A DNA stretch of 64,000 nt, taken from the NCBI GenBank assembly GCA_964016885.1, contig OZ024741.1, positions 94,612,001-94,676,000 of the forward strand. Reading direction: 5' to 3'. This DNA comes from Eledone cirrhosa (lineage: Eukaryota). Below are positions 1 to 9,828 of this stretch, one piece after another. The position numbers and the translations under genes were made by a program. The notes beneath the pieces were generated by a model, which had not been told where the DNA came from, did no database searches, and was given only the letters and a program-made list of their open reading frames with translations. Position 1 is the stretch's first letter, and every line of letters starts with the position of its first letter.

Positions 1-210
1 TGTGGTCGTTAGAAGTTGTATCTAATTCACACAGTCCGCATATTTTACTAACGTCCAATGGCTCTTCAAACCGGAAGTGAGTGGACTTCTATTATTTTCG
101 TAGATTCCAGAACTTGCTAAGACATCTGATTAAGAAAACGATAAAAAATGTAAATGTTTTATATTTTTTTGTCATTCATTTTACTTTTATCTATATTTGT
201 ACTTAAGTTC

Positions 211-268
211 TAGTAGTAGTAGTAGTAGTAGTAGTAATAGTAGTAGTAGTGGTGGTGGTGGTGATGTA

Positions 269-315
<47 letters not shown>

Positions 316-435
316 CAGTAGTAGTAGTAGTAATTAGTAATAGTGGTGGTGGTGGTGATGGAGGTAGTAGTAGTGGTGGTGGTGGTGGTGGTGGTGGAGG
401 TGGTGGTGGTGGTAGTGGTGGTGGTGATGTAGGTG

Positions 436-470
<35 letters not shown>

Positions 471-513
471 GGTGGTGGTAGTAGTAGTTATAGTAGTAGT
501 AGTAATAATGGTG

Positions 514-547
<34 letters not shown>
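211..547. repeat. Compound trinucleotide microsatellite, (TAG)n interleaved with (GGT)n
   Basis: Directly visible; accounts for the poly-T/Y/V/G ORFs at 210-630. Confidence 0.97.
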
Positions 548-640
548 GGGTATTTTCTAAGTATTCTGGTAGAAGTCGGTATAGTGTTGTCCTCAATGGT
601 GGTGCTGGCGTAATGTCCTTAGTACGCTAGTAATTGTACT

Positions 641-759
641 TAGAGACGGAAAATAAGTGAACAGAGGCACCTGCAAGAAACCGAACTGAACATCTTTCAG
701 ATGCCTGTCACCTCTCCCCTTTTTTCCGTCTCAAGGGGAACTTTACACGACTTTCTCAA
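641..759 (-). mobile_element. Partial, inverted copy of the MITE at 977-1138
   Basis: Reverse complement of ~662-759 aligns by eye with 986-1082 (TTGAGAAA..GTAAAGTTCYCCTTGAGACGG..GAGGTGAYAGGCATCYGAAAGATGYTCAGTTCG..TTTCTTGCAGG). Confidence 0.8.
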
Positions 760-976
760 TGGCCATTGATAGCTAACTGCTTTAGCCATAGACCCACGCA
801 GTACTGATGTTGGGATATAAACCACCTATTTTTCTACTAGCTAACAGTTATATAATCGACGCGACCATTAGCACCAAAAACATCACGTGTATGTGCAATC
901 TATCTCTTCCATGTGTTTATAAAGAACAATTTAGATTTGATTCAACACAAATGGGCATAATAATAGTCGACTGCTA

Positions 977-1138
977 TAGATAATAGTTGAGAAAATCAGG
1001 TAAAGTTCTCCTTGAGACGGAAGAGGGTGAAGAGGTGATAGGCATCCGAAAGATGCTCAGTTCGATTTCTTGCAGGCGCCTGTTACCTTTTTCCCCCTCT
1101 CCAAGGAAACTTTACTCGATTTTCTCAACTATTATCTA
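977..1138. mobile_element. MITE with ~31-45 bp terminal inverted repeats, TA at both ends
   Basis: Left TAGATAATAGTTGAGAAAATCAGGTAAAGTT is nearly the exact reverse complement of right AACTTTACTCGATTTTCTCAACTATTATCTA. Terminal TA could be a Tc1/mariner-type target duplication (inference). Confidence 0.85.
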
Positions 1139-1714
1139 AAATAAATTGCCTCACGTTAGGCGACCGCATTACTGATTAGACGAGCCAACGAGTGTCCACA
1201 CCAAAATGATGGATATCGACTCCTACTCCCACCCCCCATCGATCGATGGGATCGCCCAGGGAGGCGATTGAACTTTTGATAATAACTTGAGATAACACAT
1301 AAGAAATGGAAATACAATAAAATACAATTTCTGATTTATATATAATTATTCTTTACTGTCTATAGATTTTCTTTACCGATTTATATATTTACTTGTTTGT
1401 TTTTATACATACCTGGGATCGATGAGAAGTGAAAGGATTCCATGAAGAGTTCGATGGTCTAAAATATTTGGAGATCCTTATTCTATGTGGTCTACCATAT
1501 TTCTTCGCCTGTCACATCACTACATGTCTTTATTTCTTTAGACAGGCTTCGTCCACACACAACATTCACACTTATTGTCAAGCTTGACTTAACTTTCTGT
1601 AAATGGGAACCTCCAAAATGACCAACAATTGGTTCATAACTTGGTTATTGCTGCTTAGACCCATGTTAATATGATTGTGTGTGAGTTGGGCCTCTGTCGG
1701 TTCCGACGAGTTTC

Positions 1715-1945
1715 CAGTTGTTCGAACAACGGAACAGCCTGCTTGGGAAATTAATGTGCAAGTGGCTGAACATTCTACAGACACGTGTACTCTTAAGGTA
1801 GTTTTCAAGGAGATTCAGCGTGACTCGGTGAGCGTCAAGGCTGGGGTAACATGAAATAAAGTGCTTTGCTTAAGGACACAACGCGCCGCCAAGAATAGAC
1901 CACACGACTATAAGGTTGTGAGCTGAACATTTTAACCACTCAGCA
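1715..1945 (-). mobile_element. Degenerate tRNA-derived SINE (family 2)
   Basis: Minus strand reads GCTGAGTGGTTAAAATGTTCAGCTCAC... (tRNA-like head) then TGTGTCCTTAAGCAAAGCACTTTATTTCA; the body (AATTAAYRTGYAAGTGG..CAGACACGT) recurs at 4225-4375. Confidence 0.75.
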
Positions 1946-2023
1946 GTGGTAATCCTGTTAAGAGTGTCGGACCCCACAATCGGTTGAGAGTAGCAGATAA
2001 AAGGACTTGTAATAGTTAGGTCA

Positions 2024-2227
2024 GGGTGGTGATTGGCAAAATTACTAGAGCGCCGAATAAAATGTCATTGCGGTATTTGTTCTGACTCTTACCATTCTGA
2101 GTTTAAATCCTGTCGAGATCAACATTAACGTTCATTTTTCCCGGGATCGATAAAATAAAGTCGCATTCAAGTTACTGGAGTAGATTTAATAAATTCTGCT
2201 GATCTTGTGTTTAAATTAGAAATCAAT
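2024..2227 (+). mobile_element. Diverged tRNA-derived SINE (family 1)
   Basis: A-box-like TGGCAAAAT, B-box-like GAGTTTAAATC, central CCCGGGATCGATAAAATAAAGT and tail TTAGAAATCAAT, colinear with the copies at 5545 and 9829. Confidence 0.8.
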
Positions 2228-2404
2228 ACTTAGTTAGGTCTTCAGCTTAAATCTTGTCATGGGTGGGTTTTGTATTGTTCCCGGGGCCAATAAAATAAGT
2301 AATACCAGTTAAGTTATTAAAGCTCAGCAAACCTTCCCGCGAAATATGTGCAATTATATCAATGTTACAGACTTAAACGAGTTTCTTCTTGCTTTGCCCT
2401 GTGG

Positions 2405-2805
2405 ATAGCCATGTCAACAGGACAACCTCTAAGTCATCACTCGACCTGCTAATCCCCCCTGGATCACTATTTATCATCTTAAAATAAAAGGAAGTGGGAA
2501 AGATTAAATAATTGTTTCTACTTTTGGCACAAGGCCAACAAGTACCCAGTGCATTACTGGTACTTTATTTTATCGACCCCGTAAGGATGAAAAGCAAAGT
2601 TAACCTCGGCGGGATTTGAACTTAGAATGACAAGGGCCGTAACTCTATGCGTCAAAGCATGGCGTCCGACCCTCTACCGATACTGCCAATCCACCAATGT
2701 AATTATTAATACACTATATCGGAAAAGAATGGAATGGTTATAAATAAAACAACACCTCTGATCATAGGTCTACCTGATCAAAGCTGACCGGAGGTTAAAC
2801 AAAAA
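2405..2805 (+). repeat. Older interspersed repeat (family 3) split by the SINE at 2510-2695
   Basis: 2405-2510 plus 2696-2805 resemble the intact copy at 4865-5075 (TACACTRTRTC..GAAA..GATCATAGGTCT..CTGATCA..TAAACAA). Confidence 0.55.
2510..2695 (-). mobile_element. tRNA-derived SINE (family 1, younger subfamily)
   Basis: Close reverse complement of 9829-10018: GGTGGATTGGCAGTATCGGTAGAGGGT head, GTTCAAATC B-box, TTTCATCCTTACGGGGTCGATAAAATAAAGTACCAG core. Confidence 0.92.
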
Positions 2806-3357
2806 TTGCTTTATTTGTGATATAAAAACGAAGAAAAATAATAACCGCAAAAAATAACGTTTTATTGACACACTGTCTTCTTGACAACAAATTTCTGTGA
2901 ATAATTTACATGAATGGAATGTCCTGTTGTTGAGCTGAGCGAAGGGATTCGCTGAAAGATTGGGGACATGTGAAATCAGTTCACGTTAGGAACAGTTTAA
3001 ACATAGTGGGGAGAGTGGTGGGGGAGTAGTTCCCTTTGTCCTCTCCTCTCATACACAATTTACTGCTTTTTTATTTTATTCAAAACACACAAAACAGTGA
3101 TCTGATTGTTTTAGTTTGAAACGCAGAGAGAAAATTGGCATAGACGGCGCTGCTTGTCGTAACGTTGATGAAATTGAACCGGATGTCAATTACAGAGCAC
3201 AAGGTTGTGTTGAGCGGCGGAGGAGAAACGAGTAAACTGAGACCGCGTTACGGTTTCAATCCCCAATTGAAAATAAACTTGCACTACTTAAACTGCTATA
3301 TTGCTTCTAAGAAAAAAAGCAATTAACGTCAAAATTCCAACATACCTTCTTCAAATA

Positions 3358-3533
3358 ACTGTTTCTACTTTTTGGCACAAGGCCAGCAATTATCCAGTAC
3401 ATTACTGGTGCTTTATTTTATCGACCCTGTAAGGATGAAAGGCAAAGTTAACCTCGGCGGGAATTGAACTCAGATCGTAAAGGGACGTAACTATGCTGGA
3501 AAGCATAATCCAACCCTCTACCGATACTGCCAA
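3358..3533 (-). mobile_element. tRNA-derived SINE (family 1, younger subfamily)
   Basis: Direct repeat of 2510-2695 (GTTTCTACTTTTTGGCACAAGGCC..TAAGGATGAAA..GTTAACCTCGGCGGGA..CCCTCTACCGATACTGCCAA). Confidence 0.9.
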
Positions 3534-3765
3534 AGGCTTTAATGCCAGCCAAAAACAATGATTGTCATTAAAAGACGATTATTGTTGAGTTGTGGAAAGG
3601 TGACGGCGAGCCGAGACAGCAATCTGGTTTCGATTCTCAGTTGAATCTTATTACACTTCAGTTATGTCACTAATGCTCTTAAGAGGATACTACTATCACA
3701 TAACCTATTTCTCCCGTTGATCTTTCGATATAGGTATGTAAAACAGCCAACAAAATAGTAGTCAG

Positions 3766-3803
3766 GGTTTTTTGTTTTGTTTTGTTTTGTTTTTGTTTTT
3801 TTT
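3766..3803. repeat. (GTTTT)n / poly-T tract
   Basis: Directly visible. Confidence 0.85.
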
Positions 3804-4183
3804 AAGGGGAGGGGGGTCTGGCTAAAATAAGTTACAATGAGGGTGCCTCTTAATAACTTCCAAACTACAGCTCCGTTAACCACAGTCTTTATCCTGAAGA
3901 TCCCACTGATGAAACATTGCACACCACCATCACGGATATGAAGTGACGTGACGACAAAATATTGAGCCATGCATGGAATTTCAGGCTCTCTGTTCTCCAT
4001 GTACCTACAAGATTTCAGCTGGTGTCGTATTCAAAGATAATGTCGTTATAGCATTCTTGTATTAGATGCGATATTACTACTTCACACAATTATTGCTTTT
4101 CAGATTAGGGGTCAAGAAAAAATGATTCACTAATAAATTATTTGGAATTTGACGAAAACTCAAATACCGTTTAGTTTCATTGT

Positions 4184-4193
4184 CGGCCATTTT
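4184..4193 (-). promoter_or_regulatory. YY1-like / translation-start motif AAAATGGCCG near the edge of a CpG-containing zone
   Basis: Plus strand CGGCCATTTT; resembles the YY1 core AAAATGGC common near animal gene starts. Motif match only. Confidence 0.3.
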
Positions 4194-4224
4194 ATGTATC
4201 CTTCTTAAGCTTCGACTATGAGTA

Positions 4225-4375
4225 TTCAGTTGTTTGATCAACTGAACATCCAATTCGTGAATTAACATGTAAGTGGTTGAGTATTCCACAGACACGTACA
4301 CGCTTGACGTTATTCTGAGGCTGAATTTGCACGACACAATGAGTCACAGCTAGACCTTTGAATTACAAGTACAAT
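4225..4375 (-). mobile_element. SINE family 2 body fragment
   Basis: Similar to 1715-1835 (CAGTTGTT..AATTAACATGTAAGTGGTTGAGTATTCCACAGACACGT). Confidence 0.7.
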
Positions 4376-4394
4376 GCTTCCGACGAACTTCCAT

Positions 4395-4525
4395 ACAATT
4401 TCACAAGGCTTTGGTTGACTTGAGAATATGGTAAAGACATTTGCATATGATGCCACACAGTGGAACTGAACTCAGGACCACATAATTGCAAAGTGAATTT
4501 CTTAACCACTCATCCATGTCTGCCT
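4395..4525 (-). mobile_element. tRNA-derived SINE 5' part (family 4, octopus-like)
   Basis: Minus strand AGGCAGACATGGATGAGTGGTTAAG..GAGTTCAGTTCCACTGTGTGGCA..CAACCAAAGCCTTGTG: A-box and B-box-like motifs; family assignment from recollection. Confidence 0.75.
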
Positions 4526-4709
4526 TTCTTGGAATTTTATATATCTATATCAAAAGTTCGTCTTTCTCCCTATCCACTATAAACTCGAATCCTTTTGTCA
4601 AATATCAACAAGAGACAAACAAAATCTCCACGAATCACAGAAAACTTTTCAGTTGGAATAAAATTGTCATTTTAAAAAAAAAACTATTTTTTTAATTGTT
4701 TCCTTTCTT

Positions 4710-4852
4710 CACACACACACACACACCACACTACTCACTACATACACACTACACTACTCACCACACAACTTACTACACACACACACCACTACACACCCTA
4801 CACACATACGCACTACTCACCACACACAAACTACTCACTACACACACACCTA
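4710..4852. repeat. Imperfect (CA)n microsatellite with CACTACTCAC variants
   Basis: Directly visible. Confidence 0.9.
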
Positions 4853-4864
4853 CAGCGCCATAAG

Positions 4865-5075
4865 CTAATGAGAGAGTCTTTACATGATAGTCTGAGCTGT
4901 TAGAATTAGGAGTCATATCTCCTGCAAAAAACATCTTACAGTATTTTAAAAAAAGGCACATTGGATAGTATAGTCTGAATTACACTGTGTCTGAAAGAAG
5001 ATGTGTTAGTCATAGTCAAAATGTCTTTATTCATAAGTTTGCTTAATCAGCCAATTTGGGCTAAACAACTACCAC
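4865..5075 (+). repeat. Interspersed repeat family 3, diverged copy
   Basis: Ends GGGCTAAACAACTACCAC; loosely colinear with 2405-2805. Confidence 0.5.
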
Positions 5076-5367
5076 ACATCAGACCACAAACTGTCTTTTA
5101 CAGAACTAGTTGATCATATACAGTTTACTCCCCAGTCTCTTCCAAGCTCTGAACCCCAACTGAATTTGTAAGAATAAAACCAATGTAATAAGAAAAGAAA
5201 AAAACATGTTGGAAGTTGTGATGTGTATGTATTTCCTAAGAGCATTAGTGATGCAAATGATGTTCACCAACTCAGTTTGCTCAATACATGCTTTTCATTT
5301 TATTGTGCTCACAGTGAAATAAAAAATACTGAGAGCTGAAAGATAGCTGATAGCTGTTTAAGTGATC

Positions 5368-5462
5368 ATCACTTATAGATCACAGCATAAGTGATCTAGT
5401 ATCACTTATAGATCACAGCATAAGTGATCTAGTATCACTTATAGATCACAGCATAAGTGATC
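5368..5462. repeat. 33-bp tandem repeat, ~3 copies
   Basis: ATCACTTATAGATCACAGCATAAGTGATCTAGT at 5368, 5401, 5434. Confidence 0.95.
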
Positions 5463-5544
5463 AGTATTGTGTATAAGGGATTTCAATAAATGTTTGAAAT
5501 GAGTTATTAATAAGATTATAACTTTTGGGACTATTACTTAACAT

Positions 5545-5765
5545 TGGTAGATTGGAAGAATAATTAGAGCATTGAACAGAATGCTTTCTGATATTCATTT
5601 ATGGCCCATTACTTTCTGAGTTCAAATCCTGCCAAGGTCAACTTTACTTTTCATCCTTCTGGGGTTAATAAAATAAAGTACCAGTGAAGCACTGGGGTTG
5701 ATATATTGACCTTCCCCTCCCCTCACAAAATTTCTGGCTATGTGGCTATGTTGGAAACCAACATT
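5545..5765 (+). mobile_element. tRNA-derived SINE (family 1, older, CpG-decayed)
   Basis: GAGTTCAAATCCTGCCAAGGTCAACTTT..TTTCATCCTTCTGGGGTTAATAAAATAAAGTACCAG core shared with other copies. Confidence 0.88.
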
Positions 5766-5844
5766 TACCTTACGTTTTAGTAGAATTGATCTCCAATTGT
5801 TATTAGATGTCTTATTCGCAGATGTATGCAGGGTACACAATACC

Positions 5845-6003
5845 CAGGCTTGGATTAACCATTAAGCAAAATAAGTACATGTTAGGGCCTCGAGTAAAGG
5901 AAAGTCACAAAGTTTTTTTCCAGTATAGCATATGAGGGTACTATAATATTTTCAGTGCTTAGGCTACCAGTCACAAAAACCTTAAAAACTATCACAGGCA
6001 TTG
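5845..6003. mobile_element. Possible degenerate hAT-like MITE
   Basis: Starts CAGGCTTGGATTAACCATTAAGC with an internal GTGCTTAGG motif; right end and target duplication not clear. Confidence 0.3.
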
Positions 6004-6043
6004 CCCTTCATTCTCAGATATATAAAGATATATAAAAAAGAGG

Positions 6044-6095
6044 TTCTATATAGTTGATTGATCTGTTGACATTCTATATAGTTGATTGATCTGTT
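6044..6095. repeat. 28-bp-period tandem duplication
   Basis: TTCTATATAGTTGATTGATCTGTT at 6044 and 6072. Confidence 0.9.
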
Positions 6096-6634
6096 CAATG
6101 CAACAAAAACACTGTATAACAAATTTCTTATCTTTAAAATGAAGACTACATATCATATTCTTAACTATTAGGATATCATGTCCACTATAAAGATTGGACA
6201 ACTTACAATGAAGATCACCAATGAAATTCTCTGTTCAACTGATGATTTCACGCTTCATATCTGCCCAACAACAGATGGTAAGTATCTAGTGCTACCCAAC
6301 AAATACAACCACAGTGTAATTTAGTGAAATGAAAATAAGGAAGGCATTCAGAATGATAAAAGGAATTCTAAAATCTTCAAGTTAATTGTTATGTGTTGAT
6401 CTCTCTACCTATCTATAGCAAATCAGATCATATTTGAGTATAGATTGTATGTCAATTGTGACATGATTGGAAAGAAAGAAATGTAACTGAGGGAGAGAAA
6501 GAAAACTAAAACTCAGAGAATAGAATAGGCAAAAGAAATGGATTCTATATGATTTGAATTGGTATCAAGTCAATATGTTTTAGTAATGGTGGATATACTC
6601 ATTTCATTTGGTCCTTTACATTTAAATATAATCC

Positions 6635-6819
6635 CTTAACACATTGATAAAAACTATCATTATTTATATCAAATATCCAGGCATGACAACTTAAAACATT
6701 GCTAAATACTATTATTGTTTGTATCAAATATCCAGGCATGACCACTTAATACATTGATAAATATTATTATTGTTTGTATCAAATAGCCAAGCATGACCAC
6801 TTAACACATTGATGAAACT
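6635..6819. repeat. 55-bp AT-rich minisatellite, ~3.3 copies
   Basis: Units begin CTTAA.ACATTG at 6635, 6690, 6745, 6800 and contain TATCAAATA.CCA.GCATGAC. Confidence 0.93.
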
Positions 6820-7122
6820 CAATGGGTTACCTTATATATTTAAACATGTTCCTTTACACCAATAGTTACATTGTAATTTGGACATATAAAACAGTGGAAA
6901 GCTCAGTGATCAAATAAATTAAATCAAAAATTTAAAATATTTATAAAAGAAAATTATGAAATGAAAATCTTGCTTTTTTTTTTTAAATCTCTAACTTAAA
7001 GAAGTCTTTATGTAGCTCAAACAATTCAATATCTGTTGTGAAGTGAAAATAGTTTCACATCTCAGTGATACCAGATATGAAGTTGATACACAATGTGAAA
7101 CTCAGATCAATGTGATGTGCAA

Positions 7123-7292
7123 CCGTATTTCCTTGAGTCGAAGACGCTACTTTTCTCCTAAAATAAGTCTCAAATATCTACCATGCATCCTGGAGGCCGA
7201 AGGTTGTTTATTATTTTTTTTTTCAAATTTTTGGTTGTCAAAATTAGGGTGCTTCCTTGAGGACGAAGCATCTTCGGCGCAGGGAAATACAG
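7123..7292. mobile_element. MITE with CCGTATTT-type terminal inverted repeats (Tc2/pogo-like)
   Basis: Left CCGTATTTCCTTGAGTCGAAGACGC versus reverse complement of right CTGTATTTCCCTGCGCCGAAGATGC (20/25 by eye). Flanks are AA rather than TA. Confidence 0.8.
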
Positions 7293-7559
7293 AAGTTAAG
7301 TTTCATGAAAGACAACTAAGGAAGTGTAGTAGTGTGATTTGGATAGAGTTACCATGATCTTCAGTCAGACAATTGTATGTATTGTTGAAACAATTGCTCA
7401 ATAATGCAGTAACTGTTACAAAAATGTTTCAAGCAATTCAATTTGTCTTACTCTCAAACTTCAGTCATCAAAAATGTTAATCCATTTAAATATACTAAGT
7501 ATTATTTTCAAATTAATTGAAATGCATCATTAGAAATATGGTCAACCTCACCACAACCG

Positions 7560-8305
7560 CCCTAGTGTTGATGCCATAATAAAACATACTCAATGCACTC
7601 TGTAAAGGGGTTGGCAGTAGGAAGGACATCCAACCTCCCAAAAATGGTCATGAGGACTTTTCAGTTGTGTCAAAGACATGACAACCTCTTTAGTGTTGGC
7701 ACTATGGTAAAACAAATTCAGTATACTCTGTAGAGCAGAGGTTCTCAGACGTTTTGGGCCACTGTGACCCTCAAGGTCACGTAATACCCTCAGCGCACCC
7801 CTCCCCCTTATTTCCAGAGAGACCTGCCTACATGCAAATTGTAATATATAATAAATATAACCATTAATTTATATATAATAAATAATATAATATATACTAT
7901 GTATAAATAAATATTATATATTTTTTATTTTACTATATCTATATATAATATGTCTGTCCCACCCTTGCAAGCAGGGAAAAGCGGTCATAAAATGATGATG
8001 AAGATGATGATGATATATCATTTAATATTTATTATTAAATCACTACTTCCCCACCCCGACCTTCCCCTTAGACCCCAGCACCCCTTGGACCTTCTCAATG
8101 CCCCCCTGGGGGGGAGTAGCACTCACTTTGAGAACCTCTGCTGTAGAGAATGGGAACGTATATAAGCAAGATGCACAAAACCCTCCACCCATCTAGGAAG
8201 CCGGAAGCTTCAGCTGTGTACTGACTTGGTCTATGATGACCTATCCAACTCTTGTTAGCAAGGAAAATGGACATTAAATGATGATGATAATAATGATTAT
8301 GATGA
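7560..8305 (+). mobile_element. Degenerate retroposon 3' region with (GAT)n tail, interrupted by the hAT element
   Basis: CACTCTGTAAAGGGGTTGGCAGTAGGAAGGACATCCA, a related partial copy at 7690-7735, and tail CCAACTCTTGTTAGCAAGGAAAATGGACATTAAATGATGATGAT; the same tail type is at 7955-8013 and 9310-9345. Confidence 0.55.
7736..8140. mobile_element. Non-autonomous hAT (Charlie-like) DNA transposon
   Basis: Perfect 12-bp inverted ends CAGAGGTTCTCA / TGAGAACCTCTG and perfect 8-bp target-site duplication CTGTAGAG (7728-7735, 8141-8148). Confidence 0.93.
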
Positions 8306-8753
8306 TTTTCATTGCCAAATTTTCTGCAACAACTAAAAACGGCTGAATTGATATTGTGTAAACAGTTCCCAAAACAAACTGTTCTGACAGTCTGTAACAG
8401 ATTCTTCCAGTACTACCAAATATGTATTGTGGTTTTTCTATACAAATTATATCCTTACCAAAAGAGCTTGGTGTATTACCTCTGAATGACTGTGTGGGAA
8501 ATACAGTGTATTTCTTCATCTAAATGCAACTTCTTCTGTGCAGGTTGTATTATTGTAATTATCAAAGCCGTTAGGTTCATTTGCTTCAATTACATTGCAT
8601 TCTATAGCTTCTAAGTGTTGACGTGATATATTTGTATTGTCTGATTTCACAGATGTTGATGTTGTTTTCATAGCTACAGTCTCTTGATTTACTGATCAAT
8701 GGAGAAAAAATCAAGACCCAACTGTAGTATATATTCTCAGCTCTGTACATGAT

Positions 8754-8889
8754 TCAGTCAATGTCCTCAGGGACCTGGTCTTCAGCATGTAATAACCAGG
8801 TAACCACGATGATTGAGAGGAAAACAGTTGTTGCATACATCAGTGTGTACAAATGGCTGGCTTTTTTCTCAATACAGAAACCAATGTAC
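8754..8889 (-). CDS. Candidate terminal coding exon with one hydrophobic helix (unidentified)
   Basis: Strong acceptor TTGTTCTTATTGTTTGTTATTCAG|G at 8890/8889; phase-2 frame reads YIGFCIEKKASHLYTLMYATTVFLSIIVVTWLLHAEDQVPEDID*. No homology recognised. Confidence 0.3.
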
Positions 8890-9828
8890 CTGAATAACAA
8901 ACAATAAGAACAATCATGAATTTACCAAAGTTAAAAAGGAGAAAAAAAATCAAACAATGTTGAACTCAAAATTGAAAAATTATACTTGAAAATAGAAATA
9001 AAACAAATGACTACTGCCACACGACAGATATGGTGCTTTTAACAGCATCCACATTGTTGCTAGCATTTGGGCTTTGTCTCCAGTCAGAATATTATCTTCT
9101 ATCCTCCTTTTCACCCACCAGTCTTAGAAGCCCTGAAAAGGATCATGTACACTAAACTATAAAAGAATAATTAAAATAAAAGATAGACACTTTGATGTGT
9201 ATATCCTTGCCATGTGTATCCTGGTTTTTTGGAATGAGTACACCATATTCCCTGCTTGTTGTAAGAGGTGACTAAAAGGGTTTGCATAACATTGTCTCAA
9301 AACATCCCACCCAACCCATACCAGCATGGAAAAGTGGGGACATAACAATAATACAGAAGAAACAGTGGTTATAACGTGTTAGTGAGTTTTTGTCAATTTA
9401 CCAAATGGCTCTCTTAAATACAGTCAAGGATGTTTGTATGTGTTATATGTGTGTGTAGTAGAAGTAATGTTATTGTTATATGAGAAATACTCCAATGTGG
9501 CTCACATTTGATCTTTGTAAATCATTAAAAAATGATTAGAAGTAGAGTAGTTTCTAATCGTGGAGAGGAAGTGTTTGTGATGTGATTTTGTCAATATTAT
9601 AGATATGAGGTCATTATGAATGATCATCAAAGATTATGTGAACAAGGATTTGTGTTGACTTTGAGGGGGGGCTTTAGTTGTAATTAATCGTTCATGATAG
9701 AAGAGATGTGGTACAAGACCAGACCTGTCACTTCTCCCCGTCGGATGGGGAGATCTCCCACCCTCTTTGGGGTGGGTAAGAGATGTCGTCTCTTGTGAAA
9801 ATGAATATAGCTTTCATTATGTAATATC

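Noticed and set aside
58-83. First coding exon ATGGCTCTTCAAACCGGAA|GTGAGT
   Set aside because: Good donor but no convincing downstream exon; upstream context is cut by the window edge.
210-630. Homopolymeric amino-acid ORFs
   Set aside because: Trinucleotide microsatellite translation.
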